The position numbers and the translations under genes were made by a program. From Gemelliphila palaticanis (GTDB lineage Bacteria > Bacillota > Bacilli > Staphylococcales > Gemellaceae): DNA of 24,000 bases. Below, one piece after another: positions 1 through 11,679 of this stretch. The stretch lies in the NCBI RefSeq assembly GCF_013415235.1, contig NZ_JACBYF010000001.1; one strand, 5' to 3'. The notes under the pieces were generated by a model. It was given only the letters and a program-made list of their open reading frames with translations. It was not told the DNA's origin and made no database searches. Every line of letters starts with the position of its first letter. The stretch's first letter is position 1.

Positions 1-364
1 GATAATCACTATTTATTAGTCTATCAATATTATCCTTACCCAAATTTTCTACTTTTGCAATCATATTTTTAAAGTATATTAAATGATTATAGGCCTCTAT
101 TTTTTCTAGACCTTTAAGTATATAGCTATTTATATTACTATCCCATTTTGATTCTATTACAAATCTTGAAAAATTCCCCTTTTTCATTTCTTGGTCGTAA
201 TAATCAACATAATAACTATAAATAGCATCATCATGAATTTGATCAATACTAGTTCCTTCAGATAATAGAAGTTTTACAAAAGTATTATTTGAATAAATTA
301 TATCATAATGTTCTTCGCTATTAAAAGATTTTTCTGATACAAATATTTTTGTTAATTTTTTCAT
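1..364 (-). CDS. Partial hypothetical protein, possibly DMP19/DUF4375-like (C-terminus beyond window)
   Basis: Manual reverse translation from ATG at 364..362 gives an open frame MKKLTKIFVSEKSFNSEEHYDIIYSNNTFVKLLLSEGTSIDQIHDDAIYSYYVDYYDQEMKKGNFSRFVIESKWDSNINSYILKGLEKIEAYNH... to the window edge. RBS AAGGAG lies upstream. The family guess is from the composition and motif feel only. Confidence 0.6.
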   Translation of the reverse strand, partial: MKKLTKIFVSEKSFNSEEHYDIIYSNNTFVKLLLSEGTSIDQIHDDAIYSYYVDYYDQEMKKGNFSRFVIESKWDSNINSYILKGLEKIEAYNHLIYFKNMIAKVENLGKDNIDRLINSDY

Positions 365-378
365 AAAATCTCCTTATA

Positions 379-825
379 CTATATGCTAAATCCTATAACT
401 TTAACTTTATTTACATATTTTAAATTTTCTAATTTTAACTTTAATTTTTCTATAGTAGTTAGTTCTAAATTTATATTTAAGGAAAAAATAATTGTTGCAC
501 TATTACTTATTGGTACTGTCTGATGTATAGTTATAACGCTACATTTTTCTTCATTAATTATATTTAAAATTTTGCCTAATATACCTGGTATATCATCGAC
601 ATTTACTGACATAGATAAAATAGATTCTTTTTTAAAATCCTGTACAGGAAATATTGTATCTTTATATTTATAAAAAGCACTCCTACTTAAATCAAATTTT
701 TTTGTTGCTTCTAATATTGATAATTTAGGATCATCCTCCAATGCACTTTTTATTTTTATTGTTTTTTGAACTGCCTCAGGTAGTACATCTTCCCTAATTA
801 TATAATAATTTTTATTGCTATCCAT
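379..825 (-). CDS. pheB: ACT domain-containing protein, PheB family
   Basis: MDSNKNYYIIREDVLPEAVQKTIKIKSALEDD... with a C-terminal ACT domain (SMSVNVDDIPGILGKILNIINEEKCSVITIHQ). The start at 825 is preferred over 855 because GTGGAG lies 9 nt upstream, overlapping the obgE end. Confidence 0.85.
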   Translation of the reverse strand: MDSNKNYYIIREDVLPEAVQKTIKIKSALEDDPKLSILEATKKFDLSRSAFYKYKDTIFPVQDFKKESILSMSVNVDDIPGILGKILNIINEEKCSVITIHQTVPISNSATIIFSLNINLELTTIEKLKLKLENLKYVNKVKVIGFSI

Positions 826-832
826 AAAAATT

Positions 833-2140
833 TTACTCCACGAATTCGAATTCACCTTTTAGTATTTTAACTGTATCACCATTTGAACATCCTCTGGCTC
901 TTAATGCATCATCTGCCCCCATAGAACGCATTTGTTGAGCAAATCTTCTAACAGAAGCATCTCTATTAAAGTCTGTCATTAAGAACGCTCTTTCTATACC
1001 AGGTCCACTTACTACATATGCTCCTGTATCATCACGAGTTATAGTGAATGTTTCATCTTTAGGTTTATGTTTATAAAGAACTCTATTTTCTAAGCTTTCT
1101 TCATCTTCTAATTCTACTTCATAAAGCATATTAGGATCTGTATTTTCTAATATATCGCTAATAGTATAAAGAAGTTTATCTATATTTTCTCTAGTGAATG
1201 CTGAAATTTCTATAATATCTACTTCTTCTCCTGATTTTTTTAGTTCCTCTTTAAACTTAATCAGATTTTCTCTAGAATCTGGCATATCCATTTTATTGGC
1301 TACTACTACTTGTGGTCTTTCCAATAAACGCATATTATATTCTTCTAGTTCTTTGTTTATTATTTTATAATCTTCATAAGGATTTCTACCATCTGTTGCT
1401 GACATATCTATAACATGGACTATTACTTTTGTTCTCTCTATATGCCTTAAAAATTGATGTCCTAATCCTACTCCCTGACTAGCACCTTCAATTAAACCTG
1501 GTAAATCTGCCATTACAAAACTCTTGTGATCTTTAGTTTCAACAACACCTAAATTAGGAACTAACGTTGTAAAGTGATAATCTGCTATTTTAGGTTTAGC
1601 TTTTGAAGTTATTGATAGTAATGTAGATTTCCCTACTGATGGGAATCCAACTAATCCAACATCTGCCATAAGTTTAAGCTCTAAAGTTAGATTTCTTTCT
1701 TCTCCGGGTTCACCATTTTCTGCTATTTCTGGAGCTGGATTTGATGGTGTTGCAAATCGACAGTTACCTCGTCCTCCACGTCCTCCTCTAGCTACTATAA
1801 CTTCTTGTTCATGTTGAGTTAAATCTGCTAGTATTTCTCCAGTATCTGTATCTTTTATTACTGTGCCTGGTGGTACTATAAGGTATAAATCTTTTGATTT
1901 TCTACCATGCATACCTTTACTCATACCATTTTCTCCATTAGGTGCAACGAATTTTTTTTGATATCTATAGTCCATAAAAGTTCTAAGACCTTCATCAACT
2001 TTAAATATTACATTAGCTCCTTTTCCTCCATCTCCACCTGCTGGACCACCTTTTGGTACATATTTTTCTCTTCTAAATGCTACTAGTCCATTTCCTCCAT
2101 CTCCGGAACGGACATATATTTTGACCTCATCTATAAACAT
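833..2140 (-). CDS. obgE: GTPase Obg/CgtA
   Basis: Glycine-rich Obg domain ([32 protein letters not shown]), G-domain [28 protein letters not shown], and a C-terminal OCT-like domain. Confidence 0.98.
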   Translation of the reverse strand: MFIDEVKIYVRSGDGGNGLVAFRREKYVPKGGPAGGDGGKGANVIFKVDEGLRTFMDYRYQKKFVAPNGENGMSKGMHGRKSKDLYLIVPPGTVIKDTDTGEILADLTQHEQEVIVARGGRGGRGNCRFATPSNPAPEIAENGEPGEERNLTLELKLMADVGLVGFPSVGKSTLLSITSKAKPKIADYHFTTLVPNLGVVETKDHKSFVMADLPGLIEGASQGVGLGHQFLRHIERTKVIVHVIDMSATDGRNPYEDYKIINKELEEYNMRLLERPQVVVANKMDMPDSRENLIKFKEELKKSGEEVDIIEISAFTRENIDKLLYTISDILENTDPNMLYEVELEDEESLENRVLYKHKPKDETFTITRDDTGAYVVSGPGIERAFLMTDFNRDASVRRFAQQMRSMGADDALRARGCSNGDTVKILKGEFEFVE

Positions 2141-2232
2141 ATTTTTTCTCCTATAATAATTAATAAAATATCAACAATAATTAACTAAATTTTTAATCAA
2201 TTAATTATATCATAACTTTAATGCAAAATAAA

Positions 2233-2265
2233 ATGCGGCATAATGATAAAACTCATTATCCGCAT
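2233..2265 (-). terminator. Rho-independent terminator downstream of tRNA cluster
   Basis: On the minus strand: ATGCGG-ATAATGA-GTTTTA-TCATTAT-G-CCGCAT (one bulged G) followed by TTTTATTTTG. Confidence 0.75.
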
Positions 2266-2274
2266 ATCTTTTTA

Positions 2275-2348
2275 CTCCACAGGCAGGACTCGAACCTGCG
2301 ACCCTCTGATTAACAGTCAGATGCTACTACCAACTGAGCTACTGTGGA
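2275..2348 (-). tRNA. tRNA-Asn (GTT), CCA not encoded
   Basis: Reverse complement TCCACAGTAGCTCAGTTGGTAGTAGCATCTGACTGTTAATCAGAGGGTCGCAGGTTCGAGTCCTGCCTGTGGAG folds as a cloverleaf. The anticodon loop is CTGTTAA. Confidence 0.95.
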
Positions 2349-2352
2349 TAAA

Positions 2353-2445
2353 TGGAGGAGGAAAGGGGATTCGAACCCCTGCGAGCTTTTACACTCCTGT
2401 CGGTTTTCAAGACCGATCCCTTCAGCCGGACTTGGGTATTCCTCC
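2353..2445 (-). tRNA. tRNA-Ser (TGA), CCA encoded
   Basis: Reverse complement GGAGGAATACCCAAGTCCGGCTGAAGGGATCGGTCTTGAAAACCGACAGGAGTGTAAAAGCTCGCAGGGGTTCGAATCCCCTTTCCTCCTCCA. It is a class II tRNA with long variable arm, anticodon TGA. Confidence 0.95.
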
Positions 2446-2456
2446 TAAATAAAAAA

Positions 2457-2530
2457 TGGAGCGGGTGATGAGAATCGAACTCACAACATCAGTTTGGAAG
2501 ACTGAGGTTTTACCACTAAACTACACCCGC
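2457..2530 (-). tRNA. tRNA-Gly (TCC), CCA encoded
   Basis: Reverse complement GCGGGTGTAGTTTAGTGGTAAAACCTCAGTCTTCCAAACTGATGTTGTGAGTTCGATTCTCATCACCCGCTCCA. Anticodon loop is CTTCCAA. Confidence 0.96.
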
Positions 2531-2628
2531 TTACTACAAATATTTAATTGTCTTAAAAACTTACATATATAATTATATAAAAACAAAAAGAAAATGTCAA
2601 TAGTTTTTTTCATTTTTTTTATTTTTTT

Positions 2629-2662
2629 ACAGAAACTTTATAATTAGTTATAAAGTTTCTGT
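2629..2662 (-). terminator. Rho-independent terminator of lysS
   Basis: Perfect 15-bp inverted repeat ACAGAAACTTTATAA-N4-TTATAAAGTTTCTGT. On the minus strand it is followed by AAAAAAATAAAAAA-type sequence on one side, in the 12-nt region after the lysS stop. The stem is strong; the tail is less canonical. Confidence 0.6.
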
Positions 2663-2674
2663 AAAAGTTATATG

Positions 2675-4237
<1,563 letters not shown>

Positions 4238-4365
4238 TTATTATATTTTTTACAAAATAATTATACAAATACGTAACATAAAACAAAAACGTACATTAAA
4301 ACAAAAAAAATCTAAAATAACAAAAATAAACATTTAATTTACGCACAATTAATTTATGGAAGTGG

Positions 4366-4393
4366 TTGAAAAAAATATTTTATATGTTAAAAT
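4366..4393 (+). promoter_or_regulatory. Predicted sigma-A promoter for the surface nuclease gene
   Basis: TTGAAA (4366-4371), 16-nt spacer, TAAAAT (4388-4393), then RBS AAGGAG before ATG 4431. Confidence 0.6.
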
Positions 4394-4430
4394 TGTAATG
4401 TACAAACTTTTTATTAAGGAGATATAATAA

Positions 4431-7232
4431 ATGAAAAACAAAAAACTTTTATCTATTTTATCTGCAAGCTTAATAGCTAGTAGTTTTATGATACCTCAAA
4501 TAAATCAAGACTATAAATTAATAGCGAAAGCAGAAGAAAACTCTCTAGATAAATCTAATATGAGCATTGGGAAAATTGTTAATGTTACAGGAACAATAGC
4601 TTCTGAAATAGGAAAATTTGGAGGGCAAGGTTTCTATTTACTGTTAGAAAATAATCAAGGTATCTACGTATATCCTGGGAAAAATGAAATTAATTCTGAT
4701 GCAAAAAAAGGAGATAAAGTCTCTTTTACTGCAAAAGTATCTGAATATAATGAAAATTTACAGTTAACTAAACTATCAAGCTTCAAAGTAATAAGCGAAA
4801 ATCAAAATTTATTAGAAAACAAAGTTACAATAAGCAACATAAACGATTCACTACTAGATAAAGAAGTAACTGTAGAAAATTTAAAAATTTCAAATATAAA
4901 ATCTCAAGGGAAATATAAGAATACTGTATTTAATGTAACAGATGATACAGGAAGAAGTATAGAAGTATTTGTTGATAATAGAGCTTTAGGAAATTATGAT
5001 ACATTATCTCCTACTCTTAATTCATTAGGTGATAAAGTAAAAATAACAGGATTTGTAACTAAATTCAAAGGTAAATATCAATTAAAACCTACAGTTTCAT
5101 CTGACATATCAGCAATTAATTCTAATGAAAAACCAGAAACAGAAGTTAACAACGAAACAAATAATAATGAGGAAAATATAAACAAAGTTAATAATATCGG
5201 AGAAATTCAAGGTGAATCTCATAAATCTCCAAAAGAAAATCAAAAAATCACTGTAGAAAATGTTATCGTAACTAAAAAAGATGGAAATAAAGGATTCTAT
5301 GTCCAAGATTTAAACCCAGATAATAATCCTAATACTTCTGATGCTGTATATGTTATTAGTAAAGAAAAAGTTAAAGTAGGAGATGTAGTTTCTATCAAAG
5401 GTATAGTTAAAGAAAACTATGGTCAAGGGTATGCTGAAAAATTTAAAACAGATTTAACTATAACTCAAATAGAAGCTGTTGAAAATGGTGTAGTAAAGAC
5501 ATCTACAGCTGAATTACCTACTCCTCTAATTTTAGGTAATAACATTCCTAAAAAAAATATAGACAACGATAACCTTACTACATACCAACCAAATGAAGAC
5601 GCAATAGATTTTTGGGAAAGTATAGAGGGTATGAGAGTTGTTGTTGAAAAACCGACGATACTAGGACCACAAAAATACGGATATGTTTATACACTACCTT
5701 ATAACTACGAAGGACTAGAAAGAAATAATGCAGGAGGGATTTCTTTACAAGAAGGATTTAACAATACTGAAATAATACCTATTATTGTAGGAAATAAAAA
5801 ATATAGGGCTAAAGCTAAAGATAGATTTGACGGAAATGTTATAGGTAATGTAACTTATGATTATAGCGAATATAAAGTAGATGCTACTGGTTCTAAATTA
5901 CCTAAAAAAATAGATGGTAATCTAGAAAGAGAATCTTCTAGCATTATATTTGATGAAAATAAACTTACAATAGCTTCATATAATATAGAAAACTTTTCTG
6001 CAAATAACTCAACTAAAGAAACTCCAGATAGTAAAGTAACTAAAATAGCAGAATCATTTATAAATCAAATAAATACACCCGATATTATATCTCTAATTGA
6101 AGTACAAGATAATAATGGTACTGTTAATGACGGTACTACAAGTGGGGTAGAAAGTGGTAATAGATTAGCTAATAAAATAAAAGAGTTAGGTGGACCTACT
6201 TATAAATATGTAGAAATAGCTCCTAATGATAACGAAGATGGGGGAGCTCCTGGTGGAAATATAAGGGTAGCATACTTATACAATCCTGAAAGAGTTAAAT
6301 TATCTGAAAAAGAAGTAGGTGAGGCTTTAGAAGCTGCTACTTTCTCTAATGGAGAATTATTAAAAAATCCTTCAAGAATTAATCCTAGTAGCCCTGCTTT
6401 CAAAAGTACTAGAAAATCTTTAGCTGCTCAATTTGAATTTAACGGTGAAAAAGTTATAGTAATAAATAATCATTTAAGTTCTAAACGTGGCGATTTGCCT
6501 CTTTATGGTGCAACTCAACCTGCTACAGAATCATCTCAACTATCTAGAATTAAACAAGTAGCAGAAATTAGAAATTTTGTTAATGAAGGACTTAAACAAG
6601 ATCCTAATTTGAAATTTGTTTTAACTGGGGATTTTAACGACTTTGAATTTTCAAAAACAATAAGAGAGTTAGAAAAAGATGGTAATATAACTAACCTTAT
6701 GTCGCTTCACGAAAAATCTGATAGATACTCTTATTTCTATAGAGGTAATAACCAAAGTTTAGATAACATTCTTGTTTCTAATAATATGCTAAAAAATGTA
6801 AAATTTGATGCTATTCATGTAAATTCATCATTCATGGAAGAAGATGGTAGAGCATCTGATCACGATCCACTTATAGTTCAGATATCTTTTGATAAAAAAC
6901 AAGAAGAAAATAAAGTAAGCAAAGGTACAGGAGTTACTCACGAAAAACCTGAAGTTCACTTTAACAATGGAAAAGGTGTTACTCACGAAAAAACTAAATA
7001 TAATATTATAAAGGACAATAATAAAAACAATAATATTAAAGGTGTTGAACTAGTAGATACATCAAAAGATAAACAAAACCTAGAAATTGTTAAAGACCAT
7101 AAAGAAAATAGCAAAGAAAAATCAAGTAAAACTCTTCCTGCTACAGGAATAACAACTAATTCATCTTTATTAGGATTAATAATTATGGCTATAGTAACTT
7201 TTTCATACTTAGTTAGAAGAAAAACAAAATAA
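4431..7232 (+). CDS. Secreted, cell-wall-anchored endonuclease/exonuclease/phosphatase family protein with N-terminal OB-fold-like repeats
   Basis: Signal peptide (MKNKKLLSILSASLIASSFM). OB-like segments (GKIVNVTGTIASE..., ITVENVIVTKKDGNKGFYVQD...). EEP nuclease motifs LTIASYNIENF, SLIEVQD, VINNHLSS, LTGDFND, ASDHDPLIVQI. C-terminal sorting signal LPATG + hydrophobic stretch + RRKTK. Confidence 0.92.
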   Translation: MKNKKLLSILSASLIASSFMIPQINQDYKLIAKAEENSLDKSNMSIGKIVNVTGTIASEIGKFGGQGFYLLLENNQGIYVYPGKNEINSDAKKGDKVSFTAKVSEYNENLQLTKLSSFKVISENQNLLENKVTISNINDSLLDKEVTVENLKISNIKSQGKYKNTVFNVTDDTGRSIEVFVDNRALGNYDTLSPTLNSLGDKVKITGFVTKFKGKYQLKPTVSSDISAINSNEKPETEVNNETNNNEENINKVNNIGEIQGESHKSPKENQKITVENVIVTKKDGNKGFYVQDLNPDNNPNTSDAVYVISKEKVKVGDVVSIKGIVKENYGQGYAEKFKTDLTITQIEAVENGVVKTSTAELPTPLILGNNIPKKNIDNDNLTTYQPNEDAIDFWESIEGMRVVVEKPTILGPQKYGYVYTLPYNYEGLERNNAGGISLQEGFNNTEIIPIIVGNKKYRAKAKDRFDGNVIGNVTYDYSEYKVDATGSKLPKKIDGNLERESSSIIFDENKLTIASYNIENFSANNSTKETPDSKVTKIAESFINQINTPDIISLIEVQDNNGTVNDGTTSGVESGNRLANKIKELGGPTYKYVEIAPNDNEDGGAPGGNIRVAYLYNPERVKLSEKEVGEALEAATFSNGELLKNPSRINPSSPAFKSTRKSLAAQFEFNGEKVIVINNHLSSKRGDLPLYGATQPATESSQLSRIKQVAEIRNFVNEGLKQDPNLKFVLTGDFNDFEFSKTIRELEKDGNITNLMSLHEKSDRYSYFYRGNNQSLDNILVSNNMLKNVKFDAIHVNSSFMEEDGRASDHDPLIVQISFDKKQEENKVSKGTGVTHEKPEVHFNNGKGVTHEKTKYNIIKDNNKNNNIKGVELVDTSKDKQNLEIVKDHKENSKEKSSKTLPATGITTNSSLLGLIIMAIVTFSYLVRRKTK
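6924..7013 (+). repeat. Two-copy 15-aa repeat G(T/K)GVTHEK(P/T) in the surface protein linker
   Basis: GTGVTHEKPEVHFNN followed by GKGVTHEKTKYNIIK, copies offset by 45 nt. Confidence 0.7.
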
Positions 7233-7280
7233 AAAAATTAGTACAGTAAGGTAATAAACCCTACTGTACTAATTTTTTTA
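7232..7280. terminator. Bidirectional terminator shared by convergent genes
   Basis: AAAAAAATTAGTACAGTA ... TACTGTACTAATTTTTTT between the 4431..7232 (+) and 7261..8865 (-) genes. The right arm overlaps the last codons of the minus-strand gene. Confidence 0.85.
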
Positions 7281-8865
7281 TTTTTTCATTAACTTCTTTT
7301 AAAGTGTCATCTGATAAATATTCTTTTAAAACATTAATTATACTTTCTTGCAATTCTGTATTTAAATAATTATAATTCATATTTTGTGTGAATTTTATTA
7401 TTTTATTTATATCATCTGTAGTTATTAACGGAGAAACTAATACATTAGGAACTTTACTATCAATGGGATTAGTAGTAATTATAAAATCTATATCTGTATA
7501 GTTATTATAATCTTCTTCATTAGTAACTCCTACTATATTACAATTAGTTAAGTAATACTTACATTGACTAACCAATAGTTTTCTTATAGAATACTGCTCA
7601 GATGTAACTATTAAAGCTTTTTTGATTGTATTTATTTTTTGTTTACTATTTAAAAGTTCTGCTCCAAAATGTAAACTTATATATGATATTTCTGAATTAG
7701 TAAATTTTAAAGAATACATACTTTCTAAATATTTTATACTTTGCTTTGTTATCAAGTATACATCTTTATATTTATTTATAATTGTATCAGTTAAACTATT
7801 ATTAGTAACTATATTATATTTTTTTCTAAACAGTAATGTTTTAAAATGTGTAATTAACCTATCTATTAATTTGTTTTTACTTTCAAAATATACTGCTGAA
7901 TTTTTTTCAAATATATCTACAAAAGTACTTAAATTTTCTCTTAAGTCCTCATAATCACTACTACTATTATGAATATCCGAATCTTTTTTTAGACATAAAA
8001 CTATAGTAGCTAATATTATTTGTTCTTCTTCGCTAAACTCTAAATCATAAATATTATTTAATTCAAATAATATTTTATCAATAAATTTGTATTCTAATCT
8101 TTCTTTTATTATATTATGATTATCTAGGTTTATACCATTAATAGACTTTTTATAAGACATTACTAAATAAGGGAATGTGAAAATAAATTTCTTTTTTTCT
8201 ATAAACGTTATTTCTTTTCCAATTATATATAAATTATTTTCTATTAATGAAGATAATGTTATATAAAAAGATGTTCCAAACATTATATTATTTTTATATA
8301 ACGCTGAATTTATTTTATATTTCAATTTTTCGTTTTTATAACTATATAATTCATTTAATAAACTATATAGATATTGTATTTTTACTAGTTCATCTCCATT
8401 AATAAAATAACCACTTTTTTTATTAACAGACAATGATAAATTAAAATCCGTTTTTTCAATATTATTTTTTATATCTTTTAGATCATTTACTATAGTATTT
8501 CTACTAACACTACACATTTCCATAAGTAATTCAATTATTACTTTATCAGGATATGTACATATTAGTATCGAAATAAATAATTGCCTTTCTTCTACACTTA
8601 GAAAATAATTGTTATTTTCATAGTTAGATATTAGTCCCCTTAAATAATCCTTTTGTTTATTATCAATACTGATACCCAATTTACTAGCATTTTGAATCTT
8701 ATCACATAATCTATCTTTCTCAATTTCAAAATTTATTTTTTCCAAATTATAATATATTACTCTTCTATTTTGATCCAATTCTTTAGCAATTTTAGTTACA
8801 GTAACTGAATCTTTTAGCTCTATAAAATATTCTATTAAGTCATAAAGTTTTTTATCAATTAGCAT
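7261..8865 (-). CDS. PRD-domain-containing BglG/LicR/MtlR-family transcriptional regulator (likely regulator of the ula operon)
   Basis: N-terminal HTH (VTVTKIAKELDQNRRVIYYNLEKIN), paired PRD-like regions (EFKL-like helices with TLKFTNSEISYISLHFGAEL), EIIB-like segment (IKKALIVTSEQYSIRKLLVSQC). Encoded directly downstream of ulaF. Confidence 0.88.
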   Translation of the reverse strand: MLIDKKLYDLIEYFIELKDSVTVTKIAKELDQNRRVIYYNLEKINFEIEKDRLCDKIQNASKLGISIDNKQKDYLRGLISNYENNNYFLSVEERQLFISILICTYPDKVIIELLMEMCSVSRNTIVNDLKDIKNNIEKTDFNLSLSVNKKSGYFINGDELVKIQYLYSLLNELYSYKNEKLKYKINSALYKNNIMFGTSFYITLSSLIENNLYIIGKEITFIEKKKFIFTFPYLVMSYKKSINGINLDNHNIIKERLEYKFIDKILFELNNIYDLEFSEEEQIILATIVLCLKKDSDIHNSSSDYEDLRENLSTFVDIFEKNSAVYFESKNKLIDRLITHFKTLLFRKKYNIVTNNSLTDTIINKYKDVYLITKQSIKYLESMYSLKFTNSEISYISLHFGAELLNSKQKINTIKKALIVTSEQYSIRKLLVSQCKYYLTNCNIVGVTNEEDYNNYTDIDFIITTNPIDSKVPNVLVSPLITTDDINKIIKFTQNMNYNYLNTELQESIINVLKEYLSDDTLKEVNEKIKKLVQ

Positions 8866-8888
8866 AATTATATATCCTTATTATCACA

Positions 8889-8914
8889 AAAAAAGAGCCG
8901 ATAAGCTCTTTTTT
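8889..8914 (-). terminator. Rho-independent terminator between ulaF and the PRD regulator gene
   Basis: Minus strand AAAAAAGAGC-TTATCG-GCTCTTTTTTTG. Confidence 0.8.
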
Positions 8915-8953
8915 ATTTACATTAATTCTAGCACTATAAACTCATTTTGTAAA

Positions 8954-9655
8954 CTATTTCTTTTTCTGTCCGTAATAAGCATTTGCTCCGTGTTTTCTCA
9001 TAAAATGTTTTTCCAATAAATATTGATCTACTCTTTTAACATCTCTATTTATTTGTTCTGTTTTTCTTGCCATTTTAGCAACCTCTTCTAACACAACAGC
9101 ATGATAAACAGCTTCTTCCGGAGTTTTCCCCCATGTAAATGGACCATGATTTCTAACTACAATACCAGGAACATAATCAGGATTTATATTTCTTTCTTTG
9201 AATGTTTCTATAATTACTGTTCCTGTTTCTTTTTCATAATTACTATTAACTTCTTCTTCAGTTAAACTTCTAGCACAAGGAATATCCCCATAGAAATAAT
9301 CTGCATGTGTTGTTCCATAAGAAATTATATCTCTTCCTGCTTGTGCCCACGCTACAGCTTCTTCAGAATGTGTGTGCACAACTCCACCTATGTTATCAAA
9401 TTCTTTATATAATTCTAAATGTGTTTTTAAATCACTTGATGGATTCAAATCACCTTCTACTATATTACCTTCTAAATCAACTATAACCATGTTTTCTGGT
9501 GATAATTCTTCATATTTTACCCCAGAAGGTTTTATCACAACAAGACCTTTTTCTCTATCTATTCCACTAACATTTCCCCAAGTGAATTTTACTAATTCTT
9601 TTCTCTGTAGGTCCATATTAGTTTCATAAACTCTTTTTCTTAAATCTTCTAACAT
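8954..9655 (-). CDS. ulaF: L-ribulose-5-phosphate 4-epimerase
   Basis: Class II aldolase/AraD family: [69 protein letters not shown]. Located in the ula operon. Confidence 0.95.
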   Translation of the reverse strand: MLEDLRKRVYETNMDLQRKELVKFTWGNVSGIDREKGLVVIKPSGVKYEELSPENMVIVDLEGNIVEGDLNPSSDLKTHLELYKEFDNIGGVVHTHSEEAVAWAQAGRDIISYGTTHADYFYGDIPCARSLTEEEVNSNYEKETGTVIIETFKERNINPDYVPGIVVRNHGPFTWGKTPEEAVYHAVVLEEVAKMARKTEQINRDVKRVDQYLLEKHFMRKHGANAYYGQKKK

Positions 9656-10509
9656 TATATTAACCCCGCTTTTTCAAGTTTTGGTAATAGATATTGTTTA
9701 GCTACTTCAATTTCTTTTTCTGGATTATCGCTATTTTCTGACCACATTTCTATTAAAAATGGTCCATTATAATCAATAGACTTAAGTATCTCAAAACATT
9801 TATCAAAATCTACACATCCTTCACCAAAAGGTACATCTCTGAACTGCCCTTTACTTTCATGTGTTACTGGATATGTATCTTTTAAATGTATAGCACTAAC
9901 ATGATTTTTACCTAGTATAAACTCTGATTGTATGTCGTTGTGCCAAGCACTTAAATTTCCTAAATCTGGATAAACCATAAGCCACGGACTATCTACTAAT
10001 TTAGATATAGCTAAGTGCTTTTCTATACTGTTTATAAATGGATCATCCATTATTTCTATAGCTAGTGTTACTTGTTTTTTGGCAGCCATAGCTAAAGATT
10101 TTTTTAAATTTTTTATAAATCTAGCTCTCGTTTCAGGACTTTTTTCTTCGTAATAAACATCATATCCTGCTAATTGAATAGTTCTAACTCCTAAATCACT
10201 AGCCAGTTCTATACATTTTTCCATTAATTCTAATGATTTATTTTCTATTTCTGGATCATTTGATCCTAAAGGAAATCTTCTGTGCCCACTAAAACAAATA
10301 GATGGTATTTGTACTCCTGTTTCGTATATAGCTTTTACTATATCTAATCTTTCTTCTTTAGACCAATCCAATCTTGCTAATCGAAAATCTTGCTCATCTA
10401 TACTCATCTCTACAAAGTCGAATCCTAATTTTTTAGCAAAATTTAACCTTTCAAGCCAAGTTATATTTTTAGGTGTAGCTTTTTCATATATACCTATTGG
10501 TCTTTTCAT
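9655..10509 (-). CDS. ulaE: L-xylulose 5-phosphate 3-epimerase (L-ribulose-5-P 3-epimerase)
   Basis: [39 protein letters not shown]..., TIM-barrel sugar epimerase. GGGGG RBS before ATG 10509, so the track start at 10533 is too early. Confidence 0.95.
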   Translation of the reverse strand: MKRPIGIYEKATPKNITWLERLNFAKKLGFDFVEMSIDEQDFRLARLDWSKEERLDIVKAIYETGVQIPSICFSGHRRFPLGSNDPEIENKSLELMEKCIELASDLGVRTIQLAGYDVYYEEKSPETRARFIKNLKKSLAMAAKKQVTLAIEIMDDPFINSIEKHLAISKLVDSPWLMVYPDLGNLSAWHNDIQSEFILGKNHVSAIHLKDTYPVTHESKGQFRDVPFGEGCVDFDKCFEILKSIDYNGPFLIEMWSENSDNPEKEIEVAKQYLLPKLEKAGLI

Positions 10510-10513
10510 AATA

Positions 10514-11152
10514 TTACCCCCAAATTCTTTCAATTTCTGCTTTGAAATCTATTGCAGCTTGTCTTTGATCTTCTGCAGCTGTTATACCTCTTCCTGTAAT
10601 AAATGTATATACATCCAGCCCTCTAAACAACTCTAGTGTTTCTTTAGACAATCCACCTGTAACAGATACTTTGAATCCCATATCTATAAGTTTTTTAACT
10701 TTGTTTAAATCATTTTCTCCCCAAGTTTCTCCACTTAAAAGAGCGTCTCTACTTTGATGATATATTGCCTGATCTATTCCTGCTGCTAACCATTGCTCTG
10801 CTTCTTCAAATGTCCAGTTTCCATAAAGTTCTACTTGTAATGTTCCAATTTCTTTTTGAGCTGCTTTCATTGTAGGTATAGTTGCACAGCATATAACTGT
10901 CATTATATCTGCTCCTGCTTCTTTACAATTTTTAGCAACCGTTCCGCCTGCATCTGCACATTTTGTATCAGCTATTAATTCTTTGTCAGGATATAAAGCT
11001 CTTAAACATTTAACAGCTTTCATTCCATCTGCAAGACAAAGTATTGTTCCTGCTTCTATTACATCAACAACATCTCCACATGCTTTTATTGATTCTAATG
11101 CACTTTCTATAGTATTGTTATCTAATGCTACTTGTAATTTTGGTATTGTCAT
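10514..11152 (-). CDS. ulaD: 3-keto-L-gulonate-6-phosphate decarboxylase
   Basis: PKLQVALDNNTIESALESI, DVIEAGTILCLADGMKAV, DTKCADAGGTVAKNCKEAGADIMTVICCA, VTGGL motifs. Confidence 0.95.
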   Translation of the reverse strand: MTIPKLQVALDNNTIESALESIKACGDVVDVIEAGTILCLADGMKAVKCLRALYPDKELIADTKCADAGGTVAKNCKEAGADIMTVICCATIPTMKAAQKEIGTLQVELYGNWTFEEAEQWLAAGIDQAIYHQSRDALLSGETWGENDLNKVKKLIDMGFKVSVTGGLSKETLELFRGLDVYTFITGRGITAAEDQRQAAIDFKAEIERIWG

Positions 11153-11172
11153 TTTATTTTCTCCTTCTATTA

Positions 11173-11652
11173 TTAATTCGCAAATCCTTGTAAATAAGGA
11201 CTATCTTTTGTTTCATCTATCATTGAATATATTTCTTCTTCTGATTTAGCTGCGATCATTCTATCTATAGAATTTTCTAATTCTAAAAGTGCTATAATTT
11301 GTGGTATAGCTACAGAAGCATGAATTTCTGATGAAGTTGCCGCTAAAGCTATTAATACTGATGCAGGTTTACCATCTGAAAAAGTTACTGGTTCTTGTAG
11401 TGTTATCAAACTAAATGCGTCTTCTTTTACCCCGTCTTCTGGTCTTGCGTGTGGCATAGCCATTCCAGGCATAAGTAAATAGTAAGGTCCAAACTCTTCT
11501 GTAATTCTAAGAATAGCATCATAATATCTTTCTTCTACTGCTCCACTTTCTATAAGTGGATTTACTGCTAATTTAACCGCCTCTTGCCAAGTATTTGCAG
11601 ATAGCCCTAACTTAACAGAATTATTTTTGATTAAAGATTCTTTTAGTGTCAT
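11173..11652 (-). CDS. ulaC: Ascorbate-specific PTS EIIA component
   Basis: PTS_EIIA_2 type: RITEEFGPYYLLMPGMAMPHARPEDGV. Confidence 0.93.
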   Translation of the reverse strand: MTLKESLIKNNSVKLGLSANTWQEAVKLAVNPLIESGAVEERYYDAILRITEEFGPYYLLMPGMAMPHARPEDGVKEDAFSLITLQEPVTFSDGKPASVLIALAATSSEIHASVAIPQIIALLELENSIDRMIAAKSEEEIYSMIDETKDSPYLQGFAN

Positions 11653-11679
11653 AATTTTCTCCTATTTTTCTAATTTAAA

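Noticed and set aside
2243-2452. ORF of 69 aa (MIKLIIRISFYSTGRTRTCDPLINSQ...)
   Set aside because: It reads antisense through tRNA-Asn and tRNA-Ser; the 'GRTRTCDPLI...KGIRTPAS' string is a well-known tRNA-antisense artefact.
5109-5306. Antisense 65-aa ORF in the surface nuclease gene
   Set aside because: Opposite strand of a well-supported CDS, no RBS or recognizable family. The same applies to the 6200..6403 ORF.
7622-7954. 110-aa plus-strand ORF antisense to the PRD regulator
   Set aside because: Low-complexity hydrophobic translation opposite a convincing CDS.
9372-9629. Antisense/shadow ORFs in the ula region (also 10983..11249, 12094..12285, 12400..12657, 12602..12790, 13804..14061)
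   Set aside because: All fully or mostly overlap strongly supported ula genes and lack their own RBS or family resemblance.
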